A DNA stretch of 34,295 nt from Archangium sp. (GTDB taxonomy: Bacteria > Myxococcota > Myxococcia > Myxococcales > Myxococcaceae), in the NCBI GenBank assembly GCA_031367385.1, contig JANLPS010000209.1, positions 1 to 34,295 on the forward strand, written 5' to 3'. The position numbers and the translations under genes were made by a program. Below, piece after piece: positions 18,693 to 29,049 of this stretch (position 1 is its first letter; each line of letters starts with the position of its first letter). The notes beneath the pieces were generated by a model. It was not told where the DNA came from. It did no database searches and saw only the letters and a program-made list of their open reading frames with translations.

Positions 18693-18800
18693 TTACGCGG
18701 CCGCGTGCGAGGGCCAGCCGATACCGCCGACGACCTTCTTGGCCTGGTCTGCAGACAACGGCTTCAGGTTCAGGCTGGGCTTCTTGGTCAGCTTCTTCAT
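18693..18800 (-). CDS. 35-aa precursor peptide with a double-glycine leader (candidate RiPP precursor), not in the ORF track
   Basis: MKKLTKKPSLNLKPLSADQAKKVVGG|IGWPSHAAA*. Codons are mostly G/C-ending. SD-like AAAGGG lies 7 nt before the ATG, behind an A-rich stretch. It has a dedicated terminator. Confidence 0.85.
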   Translation of the reverse strand: MKKLTKKPSLNLKPLSADQAKKVVGGIGWPSHAAA

Positions 18801-19049
18801 GGGGAGACCCTTTGGTTTTTGAATCGTGAGTGAGCGCTACGGCGGCGATTCGTACCAGCCGGTAAAAGAGGTGGTCAAGTGTGTGCCGGGTACAAAACGC
18901 GTCAGCCGGTGAGACGTTGCGCGCCCGAGAGGTGCCCTGATCCGCTCCCTGCGAAATTTTGCAGCGGCATGGTGCGCAACGCACGATCGACCCAGGGCGC
19001 GTTGCGACACTGGCTTGCGTCGATCATCTGTGCTCGACGTGCAGCCACG

Positions 19050-20108
19050 ATGCCCACCAAACTGCTGTGGCTGCTGTGCCTGGCACTCGCTGCTTGCGGG
19101 AGTACGGCGGGTGCGATTGATGCCTCGATTGATGCCTCGATCAGCGACGACGCGGGTCTCAAACCCGATGCAGGGCAGCCCGTCGACGCCGGAGAAGCCG
19201 ATTCGGGCCAGGCCCCTGACGCGGGCTCAGGTCTCGACGCCGGCGTGCGGGCTCCGATTCAAAGCGTGTTCGTCATCGTGATGACGAGCCACTCTTGGAG
19301 CACCCTCACCGGCGCGCAGGCCAGCTCGGCACCGTACATCAATCAACTGGTGGTCTCGGCCGCGCACGCCGAGCAATACTTCACGCCTCCCAACAATCAC
19401 CCGAGCGAGCCCAACTTCATCTGGCTCGAAGCGGGTGACAACCTGGGCATCACCGACAGCAATTCACCGTCAGCGAATCACAAGGCGACGACCGAGCACT
19501 TGTCGACGCAGCTCGAAGCGGCGGGCATCTCGTGGCGGGCCTACGCCGAAGGCATCTCTGGCACCAGCTGCCCGCTCACCGCCAGCGGCTCTTACAACCC
19601 CAAGCATCTGCCGCAGGTGTACTTCGACGACGTCACCGATGGCACCATCGGCACCAGCGCGCACTGCATCTCGCACGTGCGGCCGTACACCGAGCTCGCG
19701 GCTGACCTGAGCGCCGACCGGGCGGCGCGATACACCTTCATCACGCCAGATCTCTGCAACGACATGTCGGGCATCGCCTTTGGCAGCACGTGTGCGAGCA
19801 ACCTCATCAAAGCGGGCGACGACTGGCTGCACACGGCGGTGCCAGTCATCACCGCTTCGGCCGCGTTCAAGCGGGGCGGCGTGCTGTTCATCGTGTGGGA
19901 CGAGGGGGAGCCGACTGTCGGCGCCGGAGCCGACGGGCCGATCGGGCTCATCGCCATCGGCGCGAGCGTCAAACCAGGCTTCGCAAGCCAGGTTCACTTC
20001 ACCCACAGCAGCTTGCTGAGAACCATCGAGGAGATCTTCGGGGTCACTCCGCTTCGGGGTGCGGCGACCTCCAATGATCTCTCAGCGCTCTTCACCAGCT
20101 TCCCCTAG
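19050..20108 (+). CDS. phosphoesterase-family (AcpA/phospholipase C-like) lipoprotein with degenerate motifs
   Basis: Lipobox LAA|C, DAG linker, VFVIVMTSHSW, HPSEPNF, SWRAYAE, YNPKH, FITPDLCNDM, FIVWDE and FTHSSLLRTIEEIFG. Confidence 0.85.
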   Translation: MPTKLLWLLCLALAACGSTAGAIDASIDASISDDAGLKPDAGQPVDAGEADSGQAPDAGSGLDAGVRAPIQSVFVIVMTSHSWSTLTGAQASSAPYINQLVVSAAHAEQYFTPPNNHPSEPNFIWLEAGDNLGITDSNSPSANHKATTEHLSTQLEAAGISWRAYAEGISGTSCPLTASGSYNPKHLPQVYFDDVTDGTIGTSAHCISHVRPYTELAADLSADRAARYTFITPDLCNDMSGIAFGSTCASNLIKAGDDWLHTAVPVITASAAFKRGGVLFIVWDEGEPTVGAGADGPIGLIAIGASVKPGFASQVHFTHSSLLRTIEEIFGVTPLRGAATSNDLSALFTSFP

Positions 20109-20118
20109 CAGCGAGGGG

Positions 20119-20205
20119 TCAGAAGAACAGGCGAGCGAACCGTCGTCGAGGGCCACGGGGGAGTCGACGCCCCGCTGGGCCACGGAGCCGTGCACCTTCA
20201 TGCCC
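20119..20205 (-). pseudogene. internally deleted remnant of the 3' part of the TlpA-like gene
   Basis: 20130-20197 matches 23206-23273 at 65 of 68 nt. 20119-20136 on the minus strand reads GCT CGC CTG TTC TTC TGA (ARLFF*), the same C-terminus as the intact gene. Confidence 0.85.
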
Positions 20206-20220
20206 GATGACGTCAGACCG

Positions 20221-22983
20221 TCAGGCGTCTCGCGGCCGCCCGGCCCGACGCCCCACCAACGCGAGCGCGAGGGCGATGATCAGCTCGTTCGCGCCCACTG
20301 CGTCACATGAGCAGCCGACCGCTTTGGGGGTGACTCCGGGGCATTCAACGGCAATCGAGAACACCTGCTCATCGCGGCCCAACGCATTGGTGACGACGAG
20401 GCGCACCGAGGTCGCCCCGGCGTTGGCTTTCTGCGGAGTCCACGTCAGCTCGCCGGTCATCGCGTCGATGCTCAGCTCGGCCGGCAACGCGCCGCCGACG
20501 AGGGGCTCGATTGAGTACGTCAGCGGAGCCGCACCATCGGCCTCGGGCAACCGGGTGCCTGAGTAGTGGTACGGCACTCCGCAGAACGCGGTCGTCGAGG
20601 GCGTCGAGCGAAACCTGGGAGCCCCCGATACCGCCGCACCCGCGTCTGGGCTCGCCATCATCGACCCTGCGGCAGTGACCTGCACCGCGAAGCACTGGAG
20701 CGCCTCACCGACGGCGTTGGTCGCCTTCAAGCACACCGAAAACGCACCGACCGACGCGGGCACCCACGCAACGGCGCCGGTCTGGGCATCGATGGTCAAC
20801 CCTGGCGGCCCTGCGAGCACCGACCAGGTGATGGGGCCCGAGCCGGTGGCCTGCACGGTCGAGTCAGCGTCGTACGCGTAAGGGGCATTGAGCACGGCGC
20901 TGAGCGTGGCGGTGCTGGTGATGCTCGGGCTGGTCAAGACCTCGAGCGCAAAGGTCTGCAGGTCGGTCGCGGGGCCATCGCTCGCGCTCAACGAGAAAGC
21001 GACAGGCACGGTGCCTGAGGCGGCCCACGTCACCAGACCGGTCGCTGAAACGGCCGCTCCTGCGGGCGCGGTGGGCAATGACCAGGTGACCGCCGCGGTC
21101 GCACCGACCACGGTCGCTTGGTACGAGAACGGCGTACCCGTCTTGACCCCCTTCGAGGGCAGGCTGACGATCTTCAAGGCCGCCGAGAGGTGCTCGACGA
21201 CGGCTCCGACGGTGCCGGGGGCCGCTCCACCACCCCCCGCCGCGCTGCGGGTCACCGAGCTGGCGATGCTGCTGGCATCGATGCGCACGATGCCTCCGCC
21301 GCCCCCCGAGCCACCGATGGTGCCGAGGCCCCCGCGCGCGGTGATCTGGCCCGCTCCCGACAGCGGCCCGGTCGAGAGCACGACGGTACCCCCGGCGCCG
21401 CCGCCGACCGGGTCGGTGACGTACTGACCTGTGAACGCCGCCTGACCATCGGCCGAGATGCGGCCATCGACGATGGTCGACGCGGCGGAGATGCGAAGTA
21501 TGCCGCCGCCGTTGCCGCCCGCGACGTTGATGTTGTTCGACCAGCCGCCGCCGCCCCCGCCCGGGTACACCGGCAGCTCGGGGTTGTCATAGACGGCGGC
21601 CACCTGATTCGCGGTCACTGCTTGACCGCCCAGCCCGGCGTGCGTGCCTCCGTTGCCCGGGCCGCTGCCGGCGACAATGGCTGATGAGGTCGGGTCGATG
21701 GTGGCGCCGTACTTGTCGAACATGCGGCCGTTGAGCCCGGCCTGGAGCCCCAGGCCCGTCGCGTCAATCAACCCGCCGGAGAAGAGGTGGAGGCTGCCAG
21801 CGACGGCGAGATTGAAGGTGCGCACGAACCCGGAGTGGGTCACGACGCCGGTGGCCGTGATGTCGAGATCTGGCACCGAGAGCGTCTTGTCGAGCACCAG
21901 GGTGCCGCCCAGCACCAGCTTGCGGCTCAGGGCAATTGGTTCTTTGACCGTCATCGTGCCGTCGACCGTGCTCAGCGAGAGGTGATCTGCGGCGCGGGGG
22001 TGGTTGAAGGTGATCTTCACTCCGGCCGGTACTGCGATTGGCTGCACCACGGTCGAGTCGCCTGAGAGCGTCAGCGCTCCGCCTGACTCGAAGAGCACTG
22101 CTGCGAAGCTCTCGCCCCCAGTCAGCTCGACCGGCGTCACCACGTGCAGCCGGTTCATCGAGTCGACCAGCGACACGCTCCCCGAGGCGCCCGCCCCGAA
22201 GGCCTTGGTGGTACCGCTGAAACTCCAGGTGGTGAAGCTCGCCTTGATTCGCCCGGCTCCGCCAGCGGCTGCTGCGAGGCCCCCGTTGGCGAGAATCGAG
22301 CCGCCACCCGAGATGGTGGTGGCGACGATGCCGACGCTGCCGCCAGCGCCCGAACCCGCGCCAACGCCGCTGATGCCATTGGCCCGAATTTCACCGTTGA
22401 GCACCAGCGAGCCCGCGGCGAGGTCGCAGATGCCGCCGCCCGAGCCACCGCCGTTCTCGCCGCCGCCCCCGCCCGGGTTCAACATCAGCGGGTTGCCATA
22501 CACCGGCGCCGCCGGAAACTGGCCGTACCCCCCGGGCTCACCCAGCGTGGCGTGGCTGCCGCCGGGGTTGAAGATCGGGCCGGCAACCACCACGAAGGTG
22601 CTGGGGTCGAGGGTCGCGCCGCTGCGACCGAAGCCTGCTGAGCCACCGCCGTGCAGGCCTTTGCCGTCGGCGTCGACGCTGCCGCCGAAGTCGACGGTGA
22701 GCGTGCCGGTGACCGCCAGCTGCAGCCGAATGACCGTGTCGTCGACCGTGACCCGACCACCGCCCAGCACCGTCATGTCGCCGGTGACGGTCAGTTTGGC
22801 GTTCACCACCAGCACGCCACCCGACGTCACCTGTACCTGGGTCACGGCGGTGGGGCTCGAGATCACGTACGGGCTGTTGCTGCCATCGACGACGATGCTC
22901 TGGGCGGCGACGGTGCTCGCAGCGAGAGAGATCACCAACGCGCAAGTGGTCGCAGCCCGACGTGACACACCGGCGTTCTTCAA
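20221..22983 (-). CDS. large surface protein: two Gly-rich domains, three Ig/cadherin-like (He_PIG-type) repeats and a MYXO-CTERM-like anchor
   Basis: Signal ending VAA|Q, duplicated GG-rich modules, and repeats of the form PxGxxIdaxTGxxxWxP. C-terminus VGCSC, then a hydrophobic helix, then RR. The start codon (TTG) is uncertain. Confidence 0.85.
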   Translation of the reverse strand: MKNAGVSRRAATTCALVISLAASTVAAQSIVVDGSNSPYVISSPTAVTQVQVTSGGVLVVNAKLTVTGDMTVLGGGRVTVDDTVIRLQLAVTGTLTVDFGGSVDADGKGLHGGGSAGFGRSGATLDPSTFVVVAGPIFNPGGSHATLGEPGGYGQFPAAPVYGNPLMLNPGGGGGENGGGSGGGICDLAAGSLVLNGEIRANGISGVGAGSGAGGSVGIVATTISGGGSILANGGLAAAAGGAGRIKASFTTWSFSGTTKAFGAGASGSVSLVDSMNRLHVVTPVELTGGESFAAVLFESGGALTLSGDSTVVQPIAVPAGVKITFNHPRAADHLSLSTVDGTMTVKEPIALSRKLVLGGTLVLDKTLSVPDLDITATGVVTHSGFVRTFNLAVAGSLHLFSGGLIDATGLGLQAGLNGRMFDKYGATIDPTSSAIVAGSGPGNGGTHAGLGGQAVTANQVAAVYDNPELPVYPGGGGGGWSNNINVAGGNGGGILRISAASTIVDGRISADGQAAFTGQYVTDPVGGGAGGTVVLSTGPLSGAGQITARGGLGTIGGSGGGGGIVRIDASSIASSVTRSAAGGGGAAPGTVGAVVEHLSAALKIVSLPSKGVKTGTPFSYQATVVGATAAVTWSLPTAPAGAAVSATGLVTWAASGTVPVAFSLSASDGPATDLQTFALEVLTSPSITSTATLSAVLNAPYAYDADSTVQATGSGPITWSVLAGPPGLTIDAQTGAVAWVPASVGAFSVCLKATNAVGEALQCFAVQVTAAGSMMASPDAGAAVSGAPRFRSTPSTTAFCGVPYHYSGTRLPEADGAAPLTYSIEPLVGGALPAELSIDAMTGELTWTPQKANAGATSVRLVVTNALGRDEQVFSIAVECPGVTPKAVGCSCDAVGANELIIALALALVGRRAGRPRDA

Positions 22984-23085
22984 ACAGTCACCTGGGGAGG
23001 GGGAATCGGCAGGCGTGAACTTATCATCGCGGGGCTGACGGAGCCGATGCGCTCAGTTCACCGACATGGTGGGTCGATGTGCGCT

Positions 23086-23607
23086 TTAAAAAAACAACCG
23101 GGCCAGCAGCCCCGCGGTGGTCGTGTAGCCGACCGCCGAGTGCTTGAGCTGCCCGTCGGCGTCGAGAAAGTAGACCGTCGGGTACGCCTCGATGTGAAAG
23201 GCCTCGGCGAGCGAACCGTCGTCGAGGGCCACGGGGTAGTCGACGCCCCGCTCGGCCACGTAGCCGTGCACCTGCCGCAGATCAGTGAACGCGGTCGCCA
23301 CCGAGACCACGTGCGCGTTCGAGCCGGCGGCCTTCATCGCCCACGACAGATTCTGCGACTCGGTCTTGCACACCCCGCACCACGGCGCCCAGAACGCCAG
23401 CAGCACCGGCTTGCCTTTGAGTGACTGGTTCGAGACCACCTCGCCCGAGAGCGACTGCAGCGTAAACGCCGGAGCCGCCCCCCGCAGGTGACCTCGCGTC
23501 TGCCACGCGCCCACCACCAGCACGATCAGCAGCACCAGGCTCGCATCGAAGCCCCAGCGAAACCAGCGCTGACCTCGCAGGTGGGCCCACCGGGCCTGAA
23601 GCGTCAC
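23086..23607 (-). CDS. TlpA/ResA-like membrane-anchored thiol:disulfide oxidoreductase
   Basis: N-terminal [31 protein letters not shown] and YPTVYFLD. The GTG start overlaps the trxA stop. Confidence 0.9.
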   Translation of the reverse strand: MTLQARWAHLRGQRWFRWGFDASLVLLIVLVVGAWQTRGHLRGAAPAFTLQSLSGEVVSNQSLKGKPVLLAFWAPWCGVCKTESQNLSWAMKAAGSNAHVVSVATAFTDLRQVHGYVAERGVDYPVALDDGSLAEAFHIEAYPTVYFLDADGQLKHSAVGYTTTAGLLARLFF

Positions 23608-24002
23608 TTGGCTTCGGGCTTCTGCGCGTCGGCCTCGGCCTGGCGCTTGGCGGCTTCGGCCTTGACCTCGGTCATGTCCATCTCGCGCACCTTGCCGATG
23701 ATTTCCTCGAGTGCGGCAGCGGGCAGGGCCCCCGAATTGACGCCCAGCAAGATGCCATCGCGAAAGATCGCCAGCGTGGGGATGGCTTGAATTTCAAAGG
23801 CCTGCGCCAACCCCTGCTGTGCCTCGGTATCGACCTTGGCGAAGGTGATGTCGGGGTGCTTGCCCGCCGCGGCCTCGAAGGTCGGGGCGAACGCACGACA
23901 CGGCCCGCACCACGCCGCCCAGAAGTCGATGAAGAGCATGCCGCCCTTCGCGAGGGTGTCTTCGAAGTTTGCCTCGGTCAGCTCCAGCGTCGCACCAGCC
24001 AT
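23604..24002 (-). CDS. trxA: thioredoxin
   Basis: [16 protein letters not shown] and IQAIPTL. SD-like AAGGA upstream of the ATG at 24002. Confidence 0.93.
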   Translation of the reverse strand: MAGATLELTEANFEDTLAKGGMLFIDFWAAWCGPCRAFAPTFEAAAGKHPDITFAKVDTEAQQGLAQAFEIQAIPTLAIFRDGILLGVNSGALPAAALEEIIGKVREMDMTEVKAEAAKRQAEADAQKPEAK

Positions 24003-24064
24003 GTCTTTGACTTCCTTTCGGGTCAGCTTTTGGGGGTAGCGGGTAACGCGGCTGCAAACAAATG

Positions 24065-25426
24065 TCACGGCTCGAGCGCGGTCTCGGTCAACTGAAGGCT
24101 GCGCCAGGTGCCTCGGCGAAACCGCCAGACCAGAGCGATGGCCACCAGGCCCATGTAGACGACCAGCCAGGCGGCCGCGCCGACCTCTCCGACATGAAAC
24201 ACCCGAACGCTGATCAGCGAGCCGGGTACGAACACGCACCAGGCCACGATCAGGCGCGCGGCGAGAGGAAAGAGGGTGTCTCCGGCAGCGCGGAGCGCCT
24301 CGGCAAACGTGCTCACTGCCGCGTCGAAGAGCTGCCAGGCGGTCGAGACCATCAACATGCGCGCGCCCAGGGCGATGAATTCAGCCGAGGTGTCGCCCTC
24401 TGAGAACGGCTTGATCAAGAGGGTGGGTATCGAGAGGTAGAGCGCTCCGACGATCAGCTGCCAGACGCACGAGGCCGCGAAGGTGAGCTTCACCGCGTGG
24501 GGCACTTCGTCTTTCTTGCCCGCGCCGATGGCCTGACCGACCAGCACCGCGCCTGCGCTGGCGATGCCGAAGGCCGGCATGAACGCCGCCGAGTTGAGCG
24601 CGAGCACGCTGTTCCACGCGGCGAGGGGCAGGGTGCCCAGGCCCGCCACCACGATGTTCACGAAGAACAGGTACGCCAAGAACTCGAAGAGCCAGTTGAA
24701 GCCCGACGGCAGGCCGAACCGGAGCATGCGCTTGAGCTCGACCCAGGCCAGCTTCGACTTGGCCAACAGCCGGCCGTCGCGAAAGAAGTAGAGAAAGAAG
24801 CCCACGAAGGCGACCCAGGTCGCGATGCTGCTGGCCCAGGCCGAGCCGACGACGCCCAACACGGGCAGGCCGAAGTGGCCGTTGATCAGCACCACGTTGA
24901 GCAGCACGTTGAGCGACATCGCGACCACGTTGGCGATCATGCTGGGCCAGGTACGGCCGAGGCCTCCGAAGTAGCTGCCCAGGGCCTCGATGCCGATGGC
25001 GGCGCCACCCGAGAGCAGCCGAATCGAGAGGTACCCGGTCATCAGCTCGCGAACGTCGTGCTCGTAAGGCAACAACCCGAGCAGCGGAGCGACGAAGGCC
25101 AACGACGCGAACGCCGCCACCTGGGTCACCGCGGCGATGATCAGCCCGTACCACCCGTACCGTCGCGCGCTGACCAGGTCGTTCTTGCCGAAGTACTGCG
25201 CGGCGTAGCTCTGCACGATGAACACGATGCCCATCGGCAGAATCAGAATGGTGAAGGCGTTCGCGGCCCCCGTCGCGGTGGCGGCCACGGCCGAGGGCCC
25301 AAGCTTCGCCACCAACAGCACGTCAGAGAGCCCGATGATGGTCTGGCTCGCGCGCGAAATGACGATTGGCCACGCGAGCAGCAGCAACGTCTTCAAGGTG
25401 TTCGAGGGCCGCGGTGCTTCAGACAC
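24065..25426 (-). CDS. MATE family efflux transporter
   Basis: LLLLAWPI, about 12 hydrophobic segments, GVVGSAWAS, LRFGLP, VGQAIGAG and LRAAGDT. Start placed at the GTG right after the upstream TAA. Confidence 0.92.
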   Translation of the reverse strand: MSEAPRPSNTLKTLLLLAWPIVISRASQTIIGLSDVLLVAKLGPSAVAATATGAANAFTILILPMGIVFIVQSYAAQYFGKNDLVSARRYGWYGLIIAAVTQVAAFASLAFVAPLLGLLPYEHDVRELMTGYLSIRLLSGGAAIGIEALGSYFGGLGRTWPSMIANVVAMSLNVLLNVVLINGHFGLPVLGVVGSAWASSIATWVAFVGFFLYFFRDGRLLAKSKLAWVELKRMLRFGLPSGFNWLFEFLAYLFFVNIVVAGLGTLPLAAWNSVLALNSAAFMPAFGIASAGAVLVGQAIGAGKKDEVPHAVKLTFAASCVWQLIVGALYLSIPTLLIKPFSEGDTSAEFIALGARMLMVSTAWQLFDAAVSTFAEALRAAGDTLFPLAARLIVAWCVFVPGSLISVRVFHVGEVGAAAWLVVYMGLVAIALVWRFRRGTWRSLQLTETALEP

Positions 25427-25427
25427 G

Positions 25428-26107
25428 TTAACGAACCTCGTCAGTGACCAAGATGTAGTGCAGCGAGACGACATTGCCCTCGCGGTGAACCGTCAGTGAC
25501 GCATGGCTGGTCACTTCTTCGAGCCGCGCCTCGAAGGGCAACGGTTGGCCTCCATCGACGTCCCACCCGTCGGGGAGCGCCGTTGCGCGCCACTGACTGT
25601 TGGCCAGGAGCAACCTGACCAGCTGCCGGGTCAAGAACTCGGCCCGAATGAACGGCGCGGTCTCGTAGGTGAGCGTGACGTCGAACACCTCGCGCTCGAT
25701 ATCAATCGACTTGTCGCGGGGAAACCACATGCCCAGGTCGGCGGTGCCCATCGCGGTGGGGGCCATGTAGAGCCGCTCGACGCTGCCCTGGTCGAGGGGC
25801 ACGGCGATGCTCCAGGTCGAGCCCTCGATGCTGGCCTCGAACGGGTCACGAACCCACACCTCGCCGCGTTTCATGAACCGGTTCAGCTCGAGCGTCTTCA
25901 AGGCGAGCGCTTCGTTGCTCTGGGGCGCCCCGGCCACGACGCGGGTCAGCTTCGCCGCGCCCGACACCACCTGCGCGCCCCGATACTCGGGGAAGATGAT
26001 CAGCAACGTCGAGCGCAGATCAATCTCGCGCTTCACGTGCTCGACTCTGGGCGCCGCGGGCTTGGTGCAGCTGATCAACACCAGCACCAGGGCCAAAAAA
26101 ACTCGAC

Positions 26108-26111
<4 letters not shown>
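25428..26111 (-). CDS. hypothetical lipoprotein
   Basis: MSRVFLALVLVLIS|C. The ATG overlaps the glpK TGA. Confidence 0.75.
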
Positions 26112-27589
<1,478 letters not shown>

Positions 27590-27739
27590 GAAACCTCCAA
27601 AGAATGCAGTGACTTAGCCGACTTTTGGCCGTTCTGGCGCGTCAAGACGACCGCAAATCGCCGTGCAAATCGCTTCAAAGCCGCCCGCTCGCGCTATAGG
27701 GCCGCCTGGCCGCATCAGAACCTCTCGTGGAGAACACAC

Positions 27740-28300
27740 ATGTTTCAGCGTTTCGTCGGGCTCGTCGTCGTCTTGGTTTCTTTGGGTGCGCAGGCTGGTG
27801 ACTTCAAGGCCGCCTACGTCGATGTGCAGCGCGCGGTGCAAGAGGTCGATGAGGGCAAGGCCGCGAAGGCCCGGTTGCAGGCGCTCGTTGGTGAGAAGCA
27901 GAAGCTGCTCGAGAAAGAGCAGACCGCGCTGAAAGCCGAGAAAGAGGCCTACGACAAGCAGGCCGCGACGATGACCGACCAGGCGCGCCGCACCAAAGAA
28001 GACGACCTGCAGAAGAAGTTCATCGACTTTCAGCAGCGGGCCGAGAAGTTTCGCACCGACATGGCCGAGCAGGAGCGCAAGGAGCTGGGCAGCATCTTCC
28101 CCAAGCTCGAGGCGTTGCTGGGCACCATCGCGCAGCGTGATGGCTTCACCATGGTCTTCGACCGCTCGAACAGCGGCCTGGCCTGGGCGCCCCCCTCGCT
28201 CGACGTCACCAACGAGCTGATTCGCATGTACAACGCCCAGGCGACCAAGCCGGGCGGCGCGCCCAAGGCTGACGCTCCGAAGGCCGAGCCGAAGAAGTAA
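27740..28300 (+). CDS. skp: OmpH/Skp periplasmic chaperone
   Basis: Signal peptide, KAAYVDVQRAV, a long coiled coil, GFTMVFD and LDVTNELIRMYN. GGAG lies upstream. Confidence 0.9.
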   Translation: MFQRFVGLVVVLVSLGAQAGDFKAAYVDVQRAVQEVDEGKAAKARLQALVGEKQKLLEKEQTALKAEKEAYDKQAATMTDQARRTKEDDLQKKFIDFQQRAEKFRTDMAEQERKELGSIFPKLEALLGTIAQRDGFTMVFDRSNSGLAWAPPSLDVTNELIRMYNAQATKPGGAPKADAPKAEPKK

Positions 28301-28308
28301 CAGCGGGT

Positions 28309-28328
28309 TGAAGTTGACATCACATTCA
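28309..28328 (+). promoter_or_regulatory. putative TetR operator overlapping a -35 box
   Basis: Imperfect palindrome TGAAgtTGAcaTCAcaTTCA (14 of 20 positions symmetric). It contains TTGACA (28314-28319) and ends 31 nt before the tetR ATG. Confidence 0.55.
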
Positions 28329-28359
28329 TGTTGCCTGTACGGGCGCGGGACCTTTTGCC

Positions 28360-29028
28360 ATGAACAGCTCTCCTTCGCTCTCAGCGCCCCGAACCAAGCC
28401 TTTGACCGTGCGCGGTCAGCGTACGAGGCAGCAGCTGCTCGACGCGGCCGAAGCCGTGTTTGGTGAGGTCGGCTACGACCAGGCGTCAATCGCCGAGGTG
28501 ACCCGGCGTGCGGGCGTGGCGCTGGGCACGTTCTACGTCTACTTCCCCCACAAGCAGGCCATCTTCGTCGAGCTGATCGACGAGCTCGGGTCGCGGCTGC
28601 GTGGCGCGTTGGCCGAGGGCATCAAGGGCCTGACCGACCGCCTCGAGCTCGAGCGCGCGGGCTTCGAGGCGTTTCTCGACTTCGCCCGGCTGCACCGCAA
28701 CTTGTACCGCGTGGTGCGGCAGGCCGAGTTCGTCGACCTCGACGCGTACCACCGCTACTACCGGCGCATCGCCGAGGCGTACACCCACGGCCTGTCGAAG
28801 GCGATGGACGCGAACCAGATCTCGCGCTTCGACCCTGAAGTGGCGGCCTACGCGTTGATGGGCATCGCTGACTTCGTCGGTATGCGCTTCGTGCTCTGGG
28901 AGACTCCGGCTGATCGCCAGCGGGTGGTCAACGAGGTGATGGCGCTGATCAGCCACGGCCTCTTGAACCCCGAGCGTCGAGGGCTGCCGAAGCCTTTGCC
29001 GACGCTGGTGGTCGCGAAAGAGCCGTAA
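28360..29028 (+). CDS. TetR/AcrR family transcriptional regulator
   Basis: HTH: TRQQLLDAAEAVFGEVGYDQASIAEVTRRAGVALGTFYVYFPHK. Confidence 0.93.
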   Translation: MNSSPSLSAPRTKPLTVRGQRTRQQLLDAAEAVFGEVGYDQASIAEVTRRAGVALGTFYVYFPHKQAIFVELIDELGSRLRGALAEGIKGLTDRLELERAGFEAFLDFARLHRNLYRVVRQAEFVDLDAYHRYYRRIAEAYTHGLSKAMDANQISRFDPEVAAYALMGIADFVGMRFVLWETPADRQRVVNEVMALISHGLLNPERRGLPKPLPTLVVAKEP

Positions 29029-29049
29029 CGATTCAAAGCTGGGGGAAGC

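Noticed and set aside
18849..18878. Sigma70-like promoter for the peptide gene (TTGACC-N18-TACGAA, minus strand)
   Set aside because: The position is plausible, but the -10 match is too weak to call.
18622..18984. 120-aa minus-strand ORF overlapping the peptide gene
   Set aside because: It is in a different frame, runs through the terminator and has no protein-like features. The 35-aa frame has the RBS, codon bias and leader motif.
20130..23273. Diversity-generating retroelement TR/VR pair
   Set aside because: Two of the three mismatches are at minus-strand adenines, but three sites are too few and one is G/C. The copy has deletions, and there is no reverse transcriptase in the window.
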